Source: Octopus vulgaris
Lineage: Eukaryota
Reading direction: 5' to 3'
Assembly: GCA_951406725.2 (NCBI GenBank)
Contig: OX597840.1
Coordinates: 15,624,001 to 15,688,000 of the forward strand
DNA length: 64,000 nt
A program made the translations under genes and the position numbers. The notes beneath the pieces are model-generated. The model was not told the DNA's origin. It saw only the letters and a program-made list of their open reading frames with translations, and ran no database searches. Shown here in pieces: positions 42,511 to 55,225 of this stretch; positions within the stretch are counted from its first letter, which is position 1, and each line of letters starts with the position of its first letter.

Positions 42511-43608
42511 AAACAAGACACATGCCTTTACAGACAGCTGATTGCCACTTGCCAAGCTATCTGCTCCCAGCTGAAATGGCTGATGCTCATGGGGGTTCGC
42601 ATACGTAAGATTTTGGGGGGGCCCAAAAAGGAAAATATTAAGTCAGAGGTCCTCAGTAGTATGTTAAGGGTCCATGAAAAACTATGACTTTAGATGTATT
42701 TATTGCAAAAAATAGCTAAATTTGTTTTTTTTTACCATTTCACATTGTTCAACCTACACAAGTTTGTGTGTGATAAACAAAATAGGAATTTTGAAAGAAG
42801 CATCTGCAAAACTAGTTTCTAAAGATCAAATAGCTGTAGGGGCCCATGAGAAAAACATAGAAATCAAAAGGGTCCATAGATAAAAATGGTTGAACCATTT
42901 TAAAGTGTCTTTGAATCACTTTTTTCTGGCCTCCCCAGATGTGCATACTTGTTGGAATCTACCAAATAGTGGTTTTTTTGGAAGCCAGTGGTGTGGGATG
43001 CAAGCTACATGACCTGCCCTGTAAAGCTCTGACTGCATCAGGATGATGTAGATCAGTGGTTCTCAACTGGGGTCCATGTGGCCCTTAGGTTCCACATAAG
43101 ATTTTGTTGTTAAAATGTGTCTCCAATAAATTGGTTATGCTTCTACAATACTCTTTTACTTGTTTCAGTCATTTGACTGAAGCCATGCTGGAGTGCCACC
43201 TTTAGTTGAGCAAATCGACCCCAGTGCTTATTGTATTGGTCTCTTTTGTTGGGGAAACAAACACATACATCTATATATATACGACAGACTTCTTTTAGTT
43301 TCTGTCTACCAAATCCATTCACAAGGCTTTGGTCAGCCCAAGGCTATAGCAGAAGACACTTGCCCAAGGTACCACACATTGGGACTGAACCCAGAACCAT
43401 GTGGTTTGTAAGCAAGCTACTTGCCACACAGCCACTCCTGCGCCTATACACAAAATATTTTAACAATTTTTTAGTACAATTTCTAATAATATTTAACTAT
43501 AAAAAAATAATAGGATTTTTTAAACATGGAATGGTTATGAGGGACCATCTGTGTAGAATAGAAATCAAAGGGATCCATAGGTAAAAAGGGTTGAGAAACA
43601 CTGGTGTA

Positions 43609-43856
43609 CGAGGGGGTGCTGAAAAGTTCCTGGCTTAACAGGTATCGTGAAGGGCCTGGCTGGAGGCCCAACCTTCCAAGTTCTTTTACAAGGCTTAGAA
43701 AAACATAAAAGCTAAAAGACCACTCCAATAAGTTTGTGAATCTGAGAGTGAAATATGTTGGATAAAATCAAAATTAATCATAATTAATTGATCCTTCTGT
43801 ATTTTCTTTTATCCAAAGCCAGGAACTTTTCAGCACCCCTTGAATGTATATATATG

Positions 43857-43911
<55 letters not shown>

Positions 43912-44138
43912 ATATATATATGAGGAATGCTGAAAAGTTCCTTGCTTTAAGGGTATTGTGAAAGGCCTTGGTTGGAGGCCTAACCTTTCAAGTTCTTTTA
44001 CAGGGCTTAGAAGAACTGAAGAACCACTGTAATAAGTATGTGAATCTGAGAGGGGAATATATTGAATAAAATCATACCTAACTGACCCCACTGTATTTTC
44101 TTTTACCCAAAGCCAGGAACTTTTCAGTAGCCCCCTCA
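43609..44138 (+). mobile_element. Two mariner-derived MITEs (43609-43842, 43921-44138)
   Basis: TIR CGAGGGGGTGCTGAAAAGTTCCTGGCTT / AAGCCAGGAACTTTTCAGCACCCCTTG after TA. Internal NKYVNLRGEYIE* is the mariner transposase terminus. Confidence 0.85.
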
Positions 44139-44861
44139 TGGATGCTGGGCTGGCAAATATGGATCAGTGCCTCAGTGTCCGGAGTTTTATCTTGTTTCAG
44201 TCATTAGACTGTGGCCATGCCAGAGCACTGCCTTAATGGGTTCTAGTCAAAGAAATCTACCCCAGAACTTATTCTTTTTAAGACTAGTGCCTATCCTATT
44301 GGTTGCTTTTGCCAAACCACTAAGTTACAGGGACATAAACACGGTTGTAAAGCAATGGTTGGGGGACAAACACAGACACAAACACACATAATTACATACA
44401 TGCATATACGTATGTATATATATATACAGAAGATAAGAAAAGGAAAAGATAGATAGATAGATAGACAGATACTCGCATATATACATGCATTTATGTTGTA
44501 AACATAACAACCAGGGAAACAACCAGCTGCCCAGCATGGCCATTATATTGACAGCATTGTGTTACAAACTCATTTAAGCCCTTGTCAGAGTTTATTTAAC
44601 CCTGTCGCTCTAATGCCAACTAAAAACAGCTCAAAGCCATATTGGAAAATAATTTTTAGCTCAAAGAACGGTGAACTATTATTCCATATTGAAGTCAGTC
44701 TGACAACTATTCAAGGCATTACTAACAGAGAAACACAGCAACACCTTTTACTTTAATTGACTCTGTCAAACTATATCCATAATCTCCCAAAGTTTTATTT
44801 CATAGTAATACACTCACCACCACCACACAACCACCTCTCTCTCACTTTATAAATGTGTGTA

Positions 44862-44912
<51 letters not shown>

Positions 44913-45094
44913 GTATATATATATATATTTATATATTTATATTACGTCATGTAAACAAACGTAAGTTTGTTTTTGAAGTGTTGAAATGTATTGTAGATCA
45001 AGTAGAAAGATATTTTTTTTTTCCACATGTAAGTACTGAACAGTACTTTATATAATGGATAAAATCCTTTTTAAGTGCAGAAAAATTTGCCGGC

Positions 45095-45168
45095 AACCAG
45101 CCATGAGGATCAAACTCACACCCCTCTAATATCAGGTTGGAGTGCTCTACCCTTTAAGCTAAACTGTC
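45095..45168 (-). pseudogene. tRNA-like sequence (pseudogene or SINE head)
   Basis: Minus strand TAGCTTAAAGGGTAGAGCA ... GAGTTTGATCCTC. Cloverleaf is imperfect and the anticodon cannot be called. Confidence 0.4.
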
Positions 45169-45201
45169 AAACACTAGAAGTCATATACATACATATATAT
45201 G

Positions 45202-45242
<41 letters not shown>

Positions 45243-45672
45243 TTATTCTATCAGTCTCTTTTGCTGAACCACTAAGTTACAGGGATGTAAACACACCAAC
45301 ATCAGTTGTCAAGCAATGGTGGTGGGGACAAATACACACACACAAACATATACACACATATATATATCTATTATATAAAATCCATTCTGTCTGTCTGTGT
45401 GTCTTCTAGGATCTTGGGCATCCTCCATCCGAGTGCGCTCAAATTTGATATGTAGATACCAATGGTATCAGGGCATGTATAAGTCTTGAAAAAATTACAA
45501 AAATCGATTCCAGGTGACAACGCGATCAATAAAGCCGTGGGAACGTGCATTTGTAAAATCGTTTTTCTTGGAATAGTTGCTTGTATATATATATATATAT
45601 ATGATAGGCTTCTTTCAGTTTCCGTCTATAAAAATATATATACATATGCGTGTGTGTGTGTACATATATATA

Positions 45673-45721
<49 letters not shown>

Positions 45722-45779
45722 ATGTATATATAAGAAATAATTAAGATTCAGTTGAATTAGGTATTTAATGATGATTTTT

Positions 45780-45978
45780 GTAGGTATTCTACCTTCACAC
45801 TTGCACTGTTTCGGTAGTTGAGTGCTGATATGTCCAAGAGCACCAATTATTACTGTTATCATGTCTATTCTTCTCATTAACCACAACTTTCACATTTCCC
45901 TATTTCAAATCGTCATAGTTGTTTCTTGTTTCTTTTTCTTTCACATTGATCCTGTTTTCACCAGGGCAAGCTATGTCC
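45780..45978 (-). mobile_element. Degenerate R4/Dong-type RLE-domain fragment
   Basis: Minus strand reads DIACPGENRINVKEKE...YDDLK...LWLMRRIDMITVIIGALG, homologous to 61208-61350. Confidence 0.7.
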
Positions 45979-46042
45979 ATCATCATCATCGGCGGCGTCA
46001 TCATTATTATTATTATTATTATTATTATAACTATCATTATTA

Positions 46043-46991
46043 AGGTGGCAAGCTGGCAGAATTGTTAGCATGCTGGACAAAGTGCTTAGTGGTATTTCAT
46101 CTGCCACTACATTTTGTGTTCAAATTCCCTCAAGGTTGACTTTGCCTTTCATCCTTTCGGAGTCAATAAAATAAGTACCAGTTAAACACTGGGGTTGATG
46201 TAATCAACTCATCCCCATCTCCTGCAAATTGCCCTTGTGGCAAAAATTTGAAAGAATTATTATTATTATTATTATAATTATTATTATTATTATAATTATT
46301 ATTATTATTATAATTATTATTATTATTATAATTATTATTATTATTATTAAATTATTAAGGTGGAAATCTGGCAGAATCGTTATCATGCTGGTCACTACAT
46401 TCTCAGTTCAAATTCTGCCTAAGTCAACTTTAGTCTTTCATCCCCTCAGGGTTGATAGATTAAGTACCTGTGAGACACTGGGGTTGATATAATTGACTAT
46501 CCCCTTCCTCAAAATTTCAGCCCTTGTGCCTATAATAGAAAGGATTATTATTATTAAAGGCAGTGAGCTGGTAGAACCAGAAATATACTGGGTAAAATGC
46601 TTAACTCCATTTCATCTGTCATTACATTCTGAGTTCAAATTCCGTAGAGGTTGACCTTGTCTTTGATCCTTTTGGGGTCAATAAAATAAGTACTACGAAA
46701 TGTAATCAAATAGCCCCCTCCTCAAAAATTTCAGGCCTTGTGCCTATAGCAAAGAGGAATTTTTTTAAATAATAATAATAATAATAATCCTTTCTACTAA
46801 AGGCACAAGGCCTGAAATTTGTGGGGTGGGGACTAGTTGATTATAGTGCTTAACTGGTACTTAATTTATCGACCCTGAAAGGATGAAAGGCATAGTTGAC
46901 CTAGACGGAATTTGAACTCAGAATGTAGCGATAGGCGAAATACTGCTAAGCATTTTTCCTGGCATGCTAACAATTCTGCCAGCTCGCCACC

Positions 46992-47039
<48 letters not shown>

Positions 47040-47504
47040 GTAATAGTAATAATAATAATATAATGATAATGATGATGATTTGAAGTTTTTGCAACAAGGG
47101 CAGCTTGGGGTAGGGGATTAAGTCGATTACATCAACCCCAGTGTGTAACTGGTACTTATTTAATCAACCCCGAAAAGATGAAAGGCAAACTCAACCTCGG
47201 TGGAATTTGAACTCAGAACGTGGCAATGGGCAAAATACCATTAAGCATTTGTCCCAGCATGCTAACAATTCTGCCAGCTCACTGCCTTAAATGATAATAA
47301 TAATTATTTCAAATTTTTGCCACAATGGCAGCTTGGGGAAGGTGGGGATGAGTCAATTACATTGACCCCAGTGTTTCACTGGTACTTAATATATCAACCC
47401 CAAAAGGAAGAAAAGCAAAGTTGACATTGGCAGAACTTGAACTCAAAATGTAGCAACAGGCAAAATATCACTAACCATGCTAATGATTCTGCCAGTTCAC
47501 CACT

Positions 47505-47507
<3 letters not shown>
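46043..47507. mobile_element. Six SINE B copies: three (+) then three (-), converging at ~46770
   Basis: + heads at ~46043, 46358 and 46558; - heads at ~46995, 47290 and 47507. (TTA)n spacers on the left, (AAT)n on the right. Confidence 0.85.
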
Positions 47508-47555
<48 letters not shown>

Positions 47556-47609
47556 GCTAATAGTAGTTTACAGCATAAACAAAAGAGCACAAAATCTTTT
47601 GGTGAGAGA

Positions 47610-47641
<32 letters not shown>

Positions 47642-48154
47642 CTATTTTACTTGTTCATTCATTTGATTGTGGCCATGCTGGAGCACCGCCTTTAGTCAAG
47701 CAAATCGACCCCAGGACTCATTCTTTGTAAGCCTAGTACTTATTCTATCGGTCTCTTTTACTGAACTGCTAAGTTACAGGAACATAAACACACCAGCATC
47801 AGTTGTCAAGCAATGTTGGGGGGACAAACAGACACACAAACATATACACACACATATATATACATATACATATATACGACGGGATTCTTTCAGTTTCCAT
47901 CTACGAAATCCACTCACAAGGCTTTGGTCAGCCCAAAGCTATAGTAGAAGACGCTTGCCCAAGGTGCCATGCAGTGGGAGTGAACCCGGAACTATGTGGT
48001 TCATAAGCAAGCTACTTACCACACAGCCACTCCTATGCCTATATATATAATCAGCTATACTGATCCCCTTTCTCTCAATCATCATCATTATTATTATTGC
48101 AAACATTTTTTTAAAAATCATAAACAATGAATTAAAGAATAATCAAATAAGCAA

Positions 48155-48188
<34 letters not shown>

Positions 48189-48316
48189 GAATTTACCATA
48201 GATTTTAGTGTGCATGTGCATATCTATATGCATGTGTGTATGTATATGCACATATATATATACATATGCATATGTTTGTATATGTATATACATTTATATG
48301 TATGTTGGTATATACA

Positions 48317-48358
<42 letters not shown>

Positions 48359-48473
48359 TATGTTTGCATATGTATATACATTTATATGTATGTGGTTATA
48401 TATATGCACATATTTTTTGACATGTATGCATGCACACACACTCCCACACATACATATACACACGCATGCACAC

Positions 48474-48544
<71 letters not shown>

Positions 48545-48755
48545 TAAAGTGACTATCCTAAAGAGACATTGGGCCTCATCCCTGCTTCCCGACGTTTCTC
48601 TACCTTTCTCTCTCCTCCACATCCTCCCCTCCCCTTTTCCCCTCTCTCCCCCTCTCTCTTAAGATGTTTGAATGTATGCATATGGGGCTGAGAGAGAGAA
48701 GTGAGATTCGTGTAACATAAGTTATTGATTAAAAAAACATACATAATAATAGTAA

Positions 48756-48786
<31 letters not shown>

Positions 48787-49313
48787 CATTATTATTATCA
48801 TTACTACTACCACTACTATCATTGTGACTGCGGCTCTATATTTTCGTTTTTATTTTTGTTTTTTGTTTTTCTGCTGTATATTAGAGACAGAGTGAATGTG
48901 AGTTCACTTGGTTCAATGTAAAGACAAAATTTTAAACACAAAAAGAACTGCACAAAGAAAATTTTTATAAAATACAACTTCAAAGAGATAAAAACAAAAA
49001 CAATATCAACAAACGTTTGCTTCTATTATTATAGTTTTTTTTTTTTTTTTTTTTTTTTGGTTATTGCCTTTTTTTGGTTGTCTCTCTGCTACCCCTTCTG
49101 TGTCCCCCTCTAAAACTCTCTCTCTCTCTCTCATTTTCATCCAATTCCATGATTCGATTTGTCTCGCAGGAATATTTTAGATTTCATTTCCTTTCCATCA
49201 TCAAAAGAGATGGATGGCTAAACCACCTTATGGTATTATGCAGCACCACACACACATACATTTACATACATATGCACATATATATGCACACACACATATA
49301 TATACACACACAC

Positions 49314-49346
<33 letters not shown>

Positions 49347-50650
49347 TACATACATAAATATATACATATATCTATATATGTATATATTTATATATATATA
49401 AGCACATACTCTCATACACATGCACAAACTTTACATTACCATACAACACCACACTCATACACACATTACACACATACACACGCACACATACATACACACA
49501 CATACACATGCACACATATGCACACATACATACACACACATACACACACCCTGTATCCCATATGCTGTGTTTTGTCTGTCTGTTCATGCTTTCATACAAA
49601 CACCACCACCACCACCCAAACCATCATGACAGACAAATCCAAAGCCACCCAACCACTACCACCACCAACAACAACAATAACCAACACTTGTTTTATTCCT
49701 CCATCTCTCATTTATTCTCTCTCTCTCTTCCTCCTCCCACCCACAACACCACCATTCTAGAACAACTCTCTACTCCCACCACCACCACCACTACTGTTGT
49801 TTTTTTCTTCACTGGTTTTACATCTGTCTCTAACCACCACCACCATGCTAAGTCAACTCTCACCACTACCACAGACCCACCTTCATGACACTTGCCCAAG
49901 GTGCCACACAGTGGGACTGAACCTGGAACCATGTGGTTGGTAAGCAAGCTACTTTCCACACAGCCATTCCCGTGCCTAAAAATATCTTAAGAATATAATT
50001 ATAATTACGAAAACAAATTTAGAGTGGATTGTAGGTATTTGACAACTACTTCTAGCATGTAGGTGCTGGCATTCCAGAGCCCTTAATTATAATTATATTT
50101 TTATAACTATATTCTTAAAATTTAATTTTACCAAGATGGTTATTTTTTATACACTAGCCACTGATATAATCATTAAAATGATTATATCATCAATTTACAA
50201 GTGTGTGTGTATCCCTCCCTTCTTTGTGTTCTTTTAATTAACTCTCCCCTTCACCACCACCACCCACTTTCTGCTACTGAAGTGATGTCTTTGACCAAGT
50301 CTAATACTGATAACAATGACGAAGGAAAAAAAAGTAAATTGAAAACATACGTACATTTGAGTATGTATGTATGTATATATGTGTGTGTATGTGTATATAT
50401 GTATGTGTACATATATGTATATAGATAATTATGTGACAAACAAGCAAAAAGTACATCATTTAAACATCAACTAAAGAGAAAAGAGAAGGAAAATGTACAA
50501 GGAACAAACATGTGTGAGTGTGTGTATGTGTGTGTATACATACACAGACATATGTATGTGTCTGTGTGTGTTTTTGCGTGTGACCCCGTGTGTACCGTTG
50601 GCGATTTTTTTTCCTCTGTCTTCCCTTCTCTGGATCTTTCCTTCTCCTAT

Positions 50651-50685
50651 GTTTCCGACGAAGAGCTCCGCTCAAAACATTAAAC
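50651..50685 (+). ncRNA. Decayed minimal hammerhead motif in a Penelope pLTR-like remnant (~50585-50785)
   Basis: GTTT-CCGACGA-A-GAGC(tcc)GCTC-AAA-ACAT-T-AAAC. The changes at G12 and stem III fit CpG decay of GCTCGAAACGTT. Confidence 0.55.
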
Positions 50686-50785
50686 CCTCCTTCTTCCCTT
50701 CTTTCCTGAGCGTCCAGTAATACTATATTTGTTCCACGTCCTCACGTTGTGTTTTTTTTGTGTTTTCTTGTTTGGATTAACTTTA

Positions 50786-51875
50786 TCATCATCATCATCA
50801 TCATCATCATCATTTAGCGTTCGTTCTCCAGGCTAGCATGGGTTGGACGGTTCAACTGGGGTCTGTGAAGCTGGAAGGCTTCATCAGGCCCAGTCAGATC
50901 TGGCAGTGTTTCTACGGCTGGATGCCCTTCCTAACGCCAACCACTCCGTGAGTGTAGTGGGTGCTTTTTACGTGCCACCTGCACAGGTGCCAGACAGAGC
51001 TGGCAAACGGCCACGAACGGATGGTGCTTTTACGTGTCACCAGCACGGAGCCAGGCGAGGCTGGCAACGGACACGAATGGATGGTGCTTTTACGTGCCAC
51101 CGACACGGGGGCCAGACAGGGCTGGCAAACGGCCACGAACGGATGGTGCTTTTACATGTCACCGGCACGGGGGCCAGACAGAGCTGGCAAACGGCCACGA
51201 ACGGATGGTGCTTTTACGTGTCACTGGCACGGGGGCCAGACAGAGCTGGCAAACAGCCACAAACGGATGGTGCTTTTACGTGTCACCGGCACGGGGGCCA
51301 GGCCAGGCTGGCAACGAACACGAACGGATGGTGCTTTTACGTGCCACCGACACGGGGGCCAGACAGGGCTGGCAAACGGCTACGAACGGATGGTACTTTT
51401 ACGTGTCACCTGCACGGGGGCCCTGATGTTGATCGACCTCAATTTGGTTTGATCTTGATTTTGACTGTTCTCACTGGTCTTGCCGGGTTTTCTCACGCAC
51501 AGCATACCTCCAAAGGTCTCGGTCACTGGTCATTTCCTTGGTGAGACCTAATGTTCGAAGGTCGTGCTTCACCGCCTCGACCCAGGTTTTCCTGGGTCTA
51601 CCTCTTCCACAGGTCCCCTCAACTGCCAGGGTGTGGCACTTTCGCACACAACTATCTTCAGCCATTCTCATCACATGACCATACCAGCGCATACGTCTCT
51701 CTTGCACACAACAACTGATGCTTCTTAGGTTCAACTTTTCTCTCAAGGTACTTACACTCTGTCGATTATGAACACTGACGTTACACATCCATCGGAGCAT
51801 ACTAGCTTCATTTCTTGCGAGCTTACGCAAATCCTCAGCAGTCACAGCCTCAGCAGTCACAGCCTCAGCAGTCAC
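50786..51875 (-). mobile_element. 5'-truncated RTE LINE with a 62-bp VNTR in the 3'UTR
   Basis: (CAT)n at 50786. acggggg recurs at 51105, 51167, 51229, 51291, 51352 and 51414. ORF 51471-51917 matches 36220-36590. Confidence 0.9.
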
Positions 51876-51896
51876 ATATATATATATATACATAAT

Positions 51897-52499
51897 TAAA
51901 TGAAAGAATGGAGTCAAACGAAGATGTTAACAAAATTCTTTTACTCTCGACATATGTAAATCATACAAATGTAAACACTGGCAGAAACATACTTTCTACT
52001 CATATAAATGATAACGATAGTCACTGTGGTTTGAACAATTAGCTTTACGTCCACTGCACTTCTATAGCGAAATTCTTTCCTAAGCCTTCGAACATTCCTT
52101 CAATCAACGTACCCTTCCCTCTCCACTTGTTCCCTACCTATTATTCCTTTAACCCTTCTCTTCCTACTATCTATCTTTGACATCAATTCTTGTCGAGAGA
52201 GGCTCCCTTTCTTTCCTGATGAGAAGATTGCATAATGCACCCTTTATTCCTTTGGAATGAAAACATGTTGTCTTCGAAACATATGTCGAGAGTAAAGGAA
52301 TTTTGTTAACATCTTCGTTTGACTCCATTCTTTCATTTATTCATATACAACACACAAATTTCTGCACATGAACCCGGAGTTTCTACCCTTGGACAGGTCG
52401 CTTCAACCGTGTTTCTGACGTGAATTTGCTACCCAGGTTTCGGTTAAACGAAATTTCCATGCTGACAATAAACATAGGATAATTCATTCACCTATTTAA

Positions 52500-52500
<1 letters not shown>
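51897..52500 (+). mobile_element. Penelope-like 3' end: pLTR with a partial inverted copy upstream
   Basis: 51897-51957 is the reverse complement of 52279-52339. Contains the hammerhead below. A weak ...AETYF...GLNN* reading resembles a PLE ORF end. Confidence 0.6.
52206..52298 (+). ncRNA. Type-I hammerhead ribozyme, intact canonical core
   Basis: Stem I CCTTTCTTTC/GAGAG-T-AAAGG; CTGATGA (52216-52222); stem II GAAGA/TCTTC; GAA (52276-52278); palindromic stem III ACATATGT; GUC cleavage triplet (cut predicted after 52287). Confidence 0.75.
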
Positions 52501-52553
<53 letters not shown>

Positions 52554-53562
52554 TCTTTTCTGCTCTAAGCATAAGGCTCGAAATTTTGGGGGAGGACCCC
52601 AGTATGCAACCAGTACTTAATTTATCGACACCAAAAAGGATGAAAGGCAAAGTTGACCTTGGCAGAATTTGAACTCAGAACTTGAAGACAGATGAAATAC
52701 TGCTAAGCATTTCGCCCGGCATGCTAACGAATCTGCCAGCTCACTACCTTGTGTGTGTGTGTATATGTATATATATGCATCTTATTCTTTCATTCTTTTA
52801 TACATTGTAACCCTAAGATTGTGGCCATGCCAGGGTACCACCACCTGTGTGTGTGTGTGTGTGTGTGTATGTCTTATTCTTTTAGTCTTTTACATGTTTC
52901 AGCCCTAAGGTTGTGGCCATACTGGGGCACCACCAATGTGTGTGTGAGTATATATATCATCATCATTTGATAGCTCTTTACCATTCTGGCATGGATTGGA
53001 TAGTTTGGTGGTGATAGTGGTGGCAGATGTGTGTGTGTGTGTGTGTGTAAAAGGAAAAAACAGAAAAATAATTTTATGAGAAAGGAAAGAAAAAAATACA
53101 ATTATATAAACTGCTTTCAAGCATAAAAGAGAAAATAAAGTAAATTCAATAAAGCAGAAAACAGATAAAAACTGAAATGACTGCCCAAGCGAAGTGGGGG
53201 AGGGGTAGAAAAAGAAAGCATAAATGAAGCTTAAAAATAAGAAAACATCATAGAAAGTTGATAACAAAACAATAATTAGAAAACATTTTAAAAGTTGCGA
53301 AAAAAAACTATAATATTAAAAAAAAAGGCCATCAGACCATGGAGATTTTGCCTCAACAAATTCAGTCCAGTCCATGTGATTATGGAAAAGTAGACATTAT
53401 AGGTGCAGGAGTGGCTGTGTGGTAAGAAGCTTGCTTCCTAACCACATGGCTCTGGGTTCAGTCCCACTGTGTGGCATCTTGGGCAAGTGTTTTTCTACTA
53501 TGACCTCAGGCTGACCAAATCCTTATGAGTGGTGTTGGTAGACAGAAACTAAAAGTTCATCG

Positions 53563-54560
53563 TATCATCATCATCATCATCATTGTTTAACGTTCGTTTT
53601 CCATGCTAGCATGGGTTGGACAGTTCGACCAGGGTATGAGAAGCCAGGAGACTGCACCAGTCTCCAGTCTGATCTGGCAGTGTTTCTACAGCTGGATGCC
53701 CTTCCTAACGCCAACAACTCCGTGAGTGTAGTGGGTGCTTTTTATGTGCCACCGGCACAGGTGCCAGGGGAGGTTGCCAACAGCCATGATCGGTTGGTGC
53801 TTTTTACGTGCCACTGGCACGGAAGCCAGTCAAGGCAGCGCTGGCATTGGCCACGTACAGATGGTGCTGTTTACGTGCCACTGGCACAGGTATCACGACT
53901 ACAATTCCCGTTTAATTTTTTGTTGTTGGATGTTGATGTACTTGACTCAGTAGGTCTCCTCAAGCACAGGAGGCTGTCCTGCAATCCAAGGCACTTTGGA
54001 AGGGCTGGGGCTTCCATGTGAAGCTGGTGCAGGAAACAGCCATGAACTTACGTTATTTGTCGGGTCTTGGCAGTCACAGCCTATCTCCAGAGGTCTCGGT
54101 CTTTTGTCATTGCCTCTGTGAGACCCAACGTTCGAAGGTCACGCTTGACCACCTCATCCCATGTCTTCCTAGGTCTACCTCTACCAGCGCAGATGTCTCT
54201 CTTGCACCCCACATCCAATGTCCAGCATTTCTCTCATGGCACTTACACTCTGTCGTGTATGCACAGACATTACACATCCAGCAGATCATGCTAGCTTCAT
54301 TTCTTTCAAGCCTACGCATGTCCTCTGCAGTCACAGCCCATGTTTCACTGCCGTGAAGCATGGCAGTTCGCACACATGCATCATACAATCTACCTTTCAC
54401 CATGAGCAAGAAACCCTTTGTCACCAGTAGGGGTAGGAGCTTTCTAAACTTTGTCCAAGCTATTCTTATTCTAGTGGTAACACTCTGAGCATCCACCCCA
54501 CTACTAACTTGGTCACCTAGGTAGCGGAAACTATCAACTACTTCTAGTTTCTCCCCCAGG
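53563..54560 (-). mobile_element. 5'-truncated, decayed RTE LINE
   Basis: (CAT)n tail, 3'UTR, and RIRIAWTKFRKLLPLL...HGSETWAV on the minus strand. Confidence 0.88.
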
Positions 54561-54562
54561 AG

Positions 54563-54621
<59 letters not shown>

Positions 54622-54816
54622 ATATATGTGTGTGTGTGTGTGTGTATTTATATATATATAATGCTCGAAATGGGGAGTAGATATACAGCCAACAACTGAT
54701 GAAGGGTCAGTCTTTGTGTTACTTGTCCTGTTTTCTATTTCATTCTCTCATTTGTGTATTTAACTTGTTTGTTTTGTACTTAATGTTGTTTACACAGTTG
54801 GTGATGTCCTGTACCC

Positions 54817-54855
<39 letters not shown>

Positions 54856-54904
54856 TGTACTTGAATAGCGAGTGACTTGATCTGAGACCGTATGCTGGAA
54901 TGAA

Positions 54905-55187
54905 AACAATTGCAGTGTGGAAGGTGTTTATAAGTCATTTAAGAAACACACAAAACCGTTAGATTCACATCAACATTTAAATTTAATTTTTCAAAATATT
55001 TTCGTCGCTTTGAGACCGCGACCTGTTCACTGACAAAGAGATGCAGCACGAAGCATTGTCAGTGAACAGGTCGCGGTCTCAAAGCGATGAAAATATTTTG
55101 ACAAATTAAACTTAAATGTTAAAGTGAATCGAACGGCTTTTGTGTGTTTCTTAAATGGCTTATAAACACCTTCCATGCTGCAATTGT

Positions 55188-55188
<1 letters not shown>
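54905..55188. mobile_element. Fold-back Penelope pLTR-like palindrome (~130-bp arms), each arm with a G3:C8 hammerhead fold
   Basis: Arms 54905-55036 and 55056-55188 are reverse complements with few mismatches. Confidence 0.75.
55056..55104 (+). ncRNA. Candidate hammerhead ribozyme variant (G3:C8 core); mirror copy at 54988-55036 (-)
   Basis: TTGTCA-GTGAACA-G-GTCGC(ggtctcaaa)GCGA(T/C)-GAA-AATATT-T-TGACAA. Confidence 0.55.

Positions 55189-55225
<37 letters not shown>

Noticed and set aside
44536-44577. ALCY peptide reminiscent of the C2B start
   Set aside because: Immediately followed by a stop, with no acceptor site.
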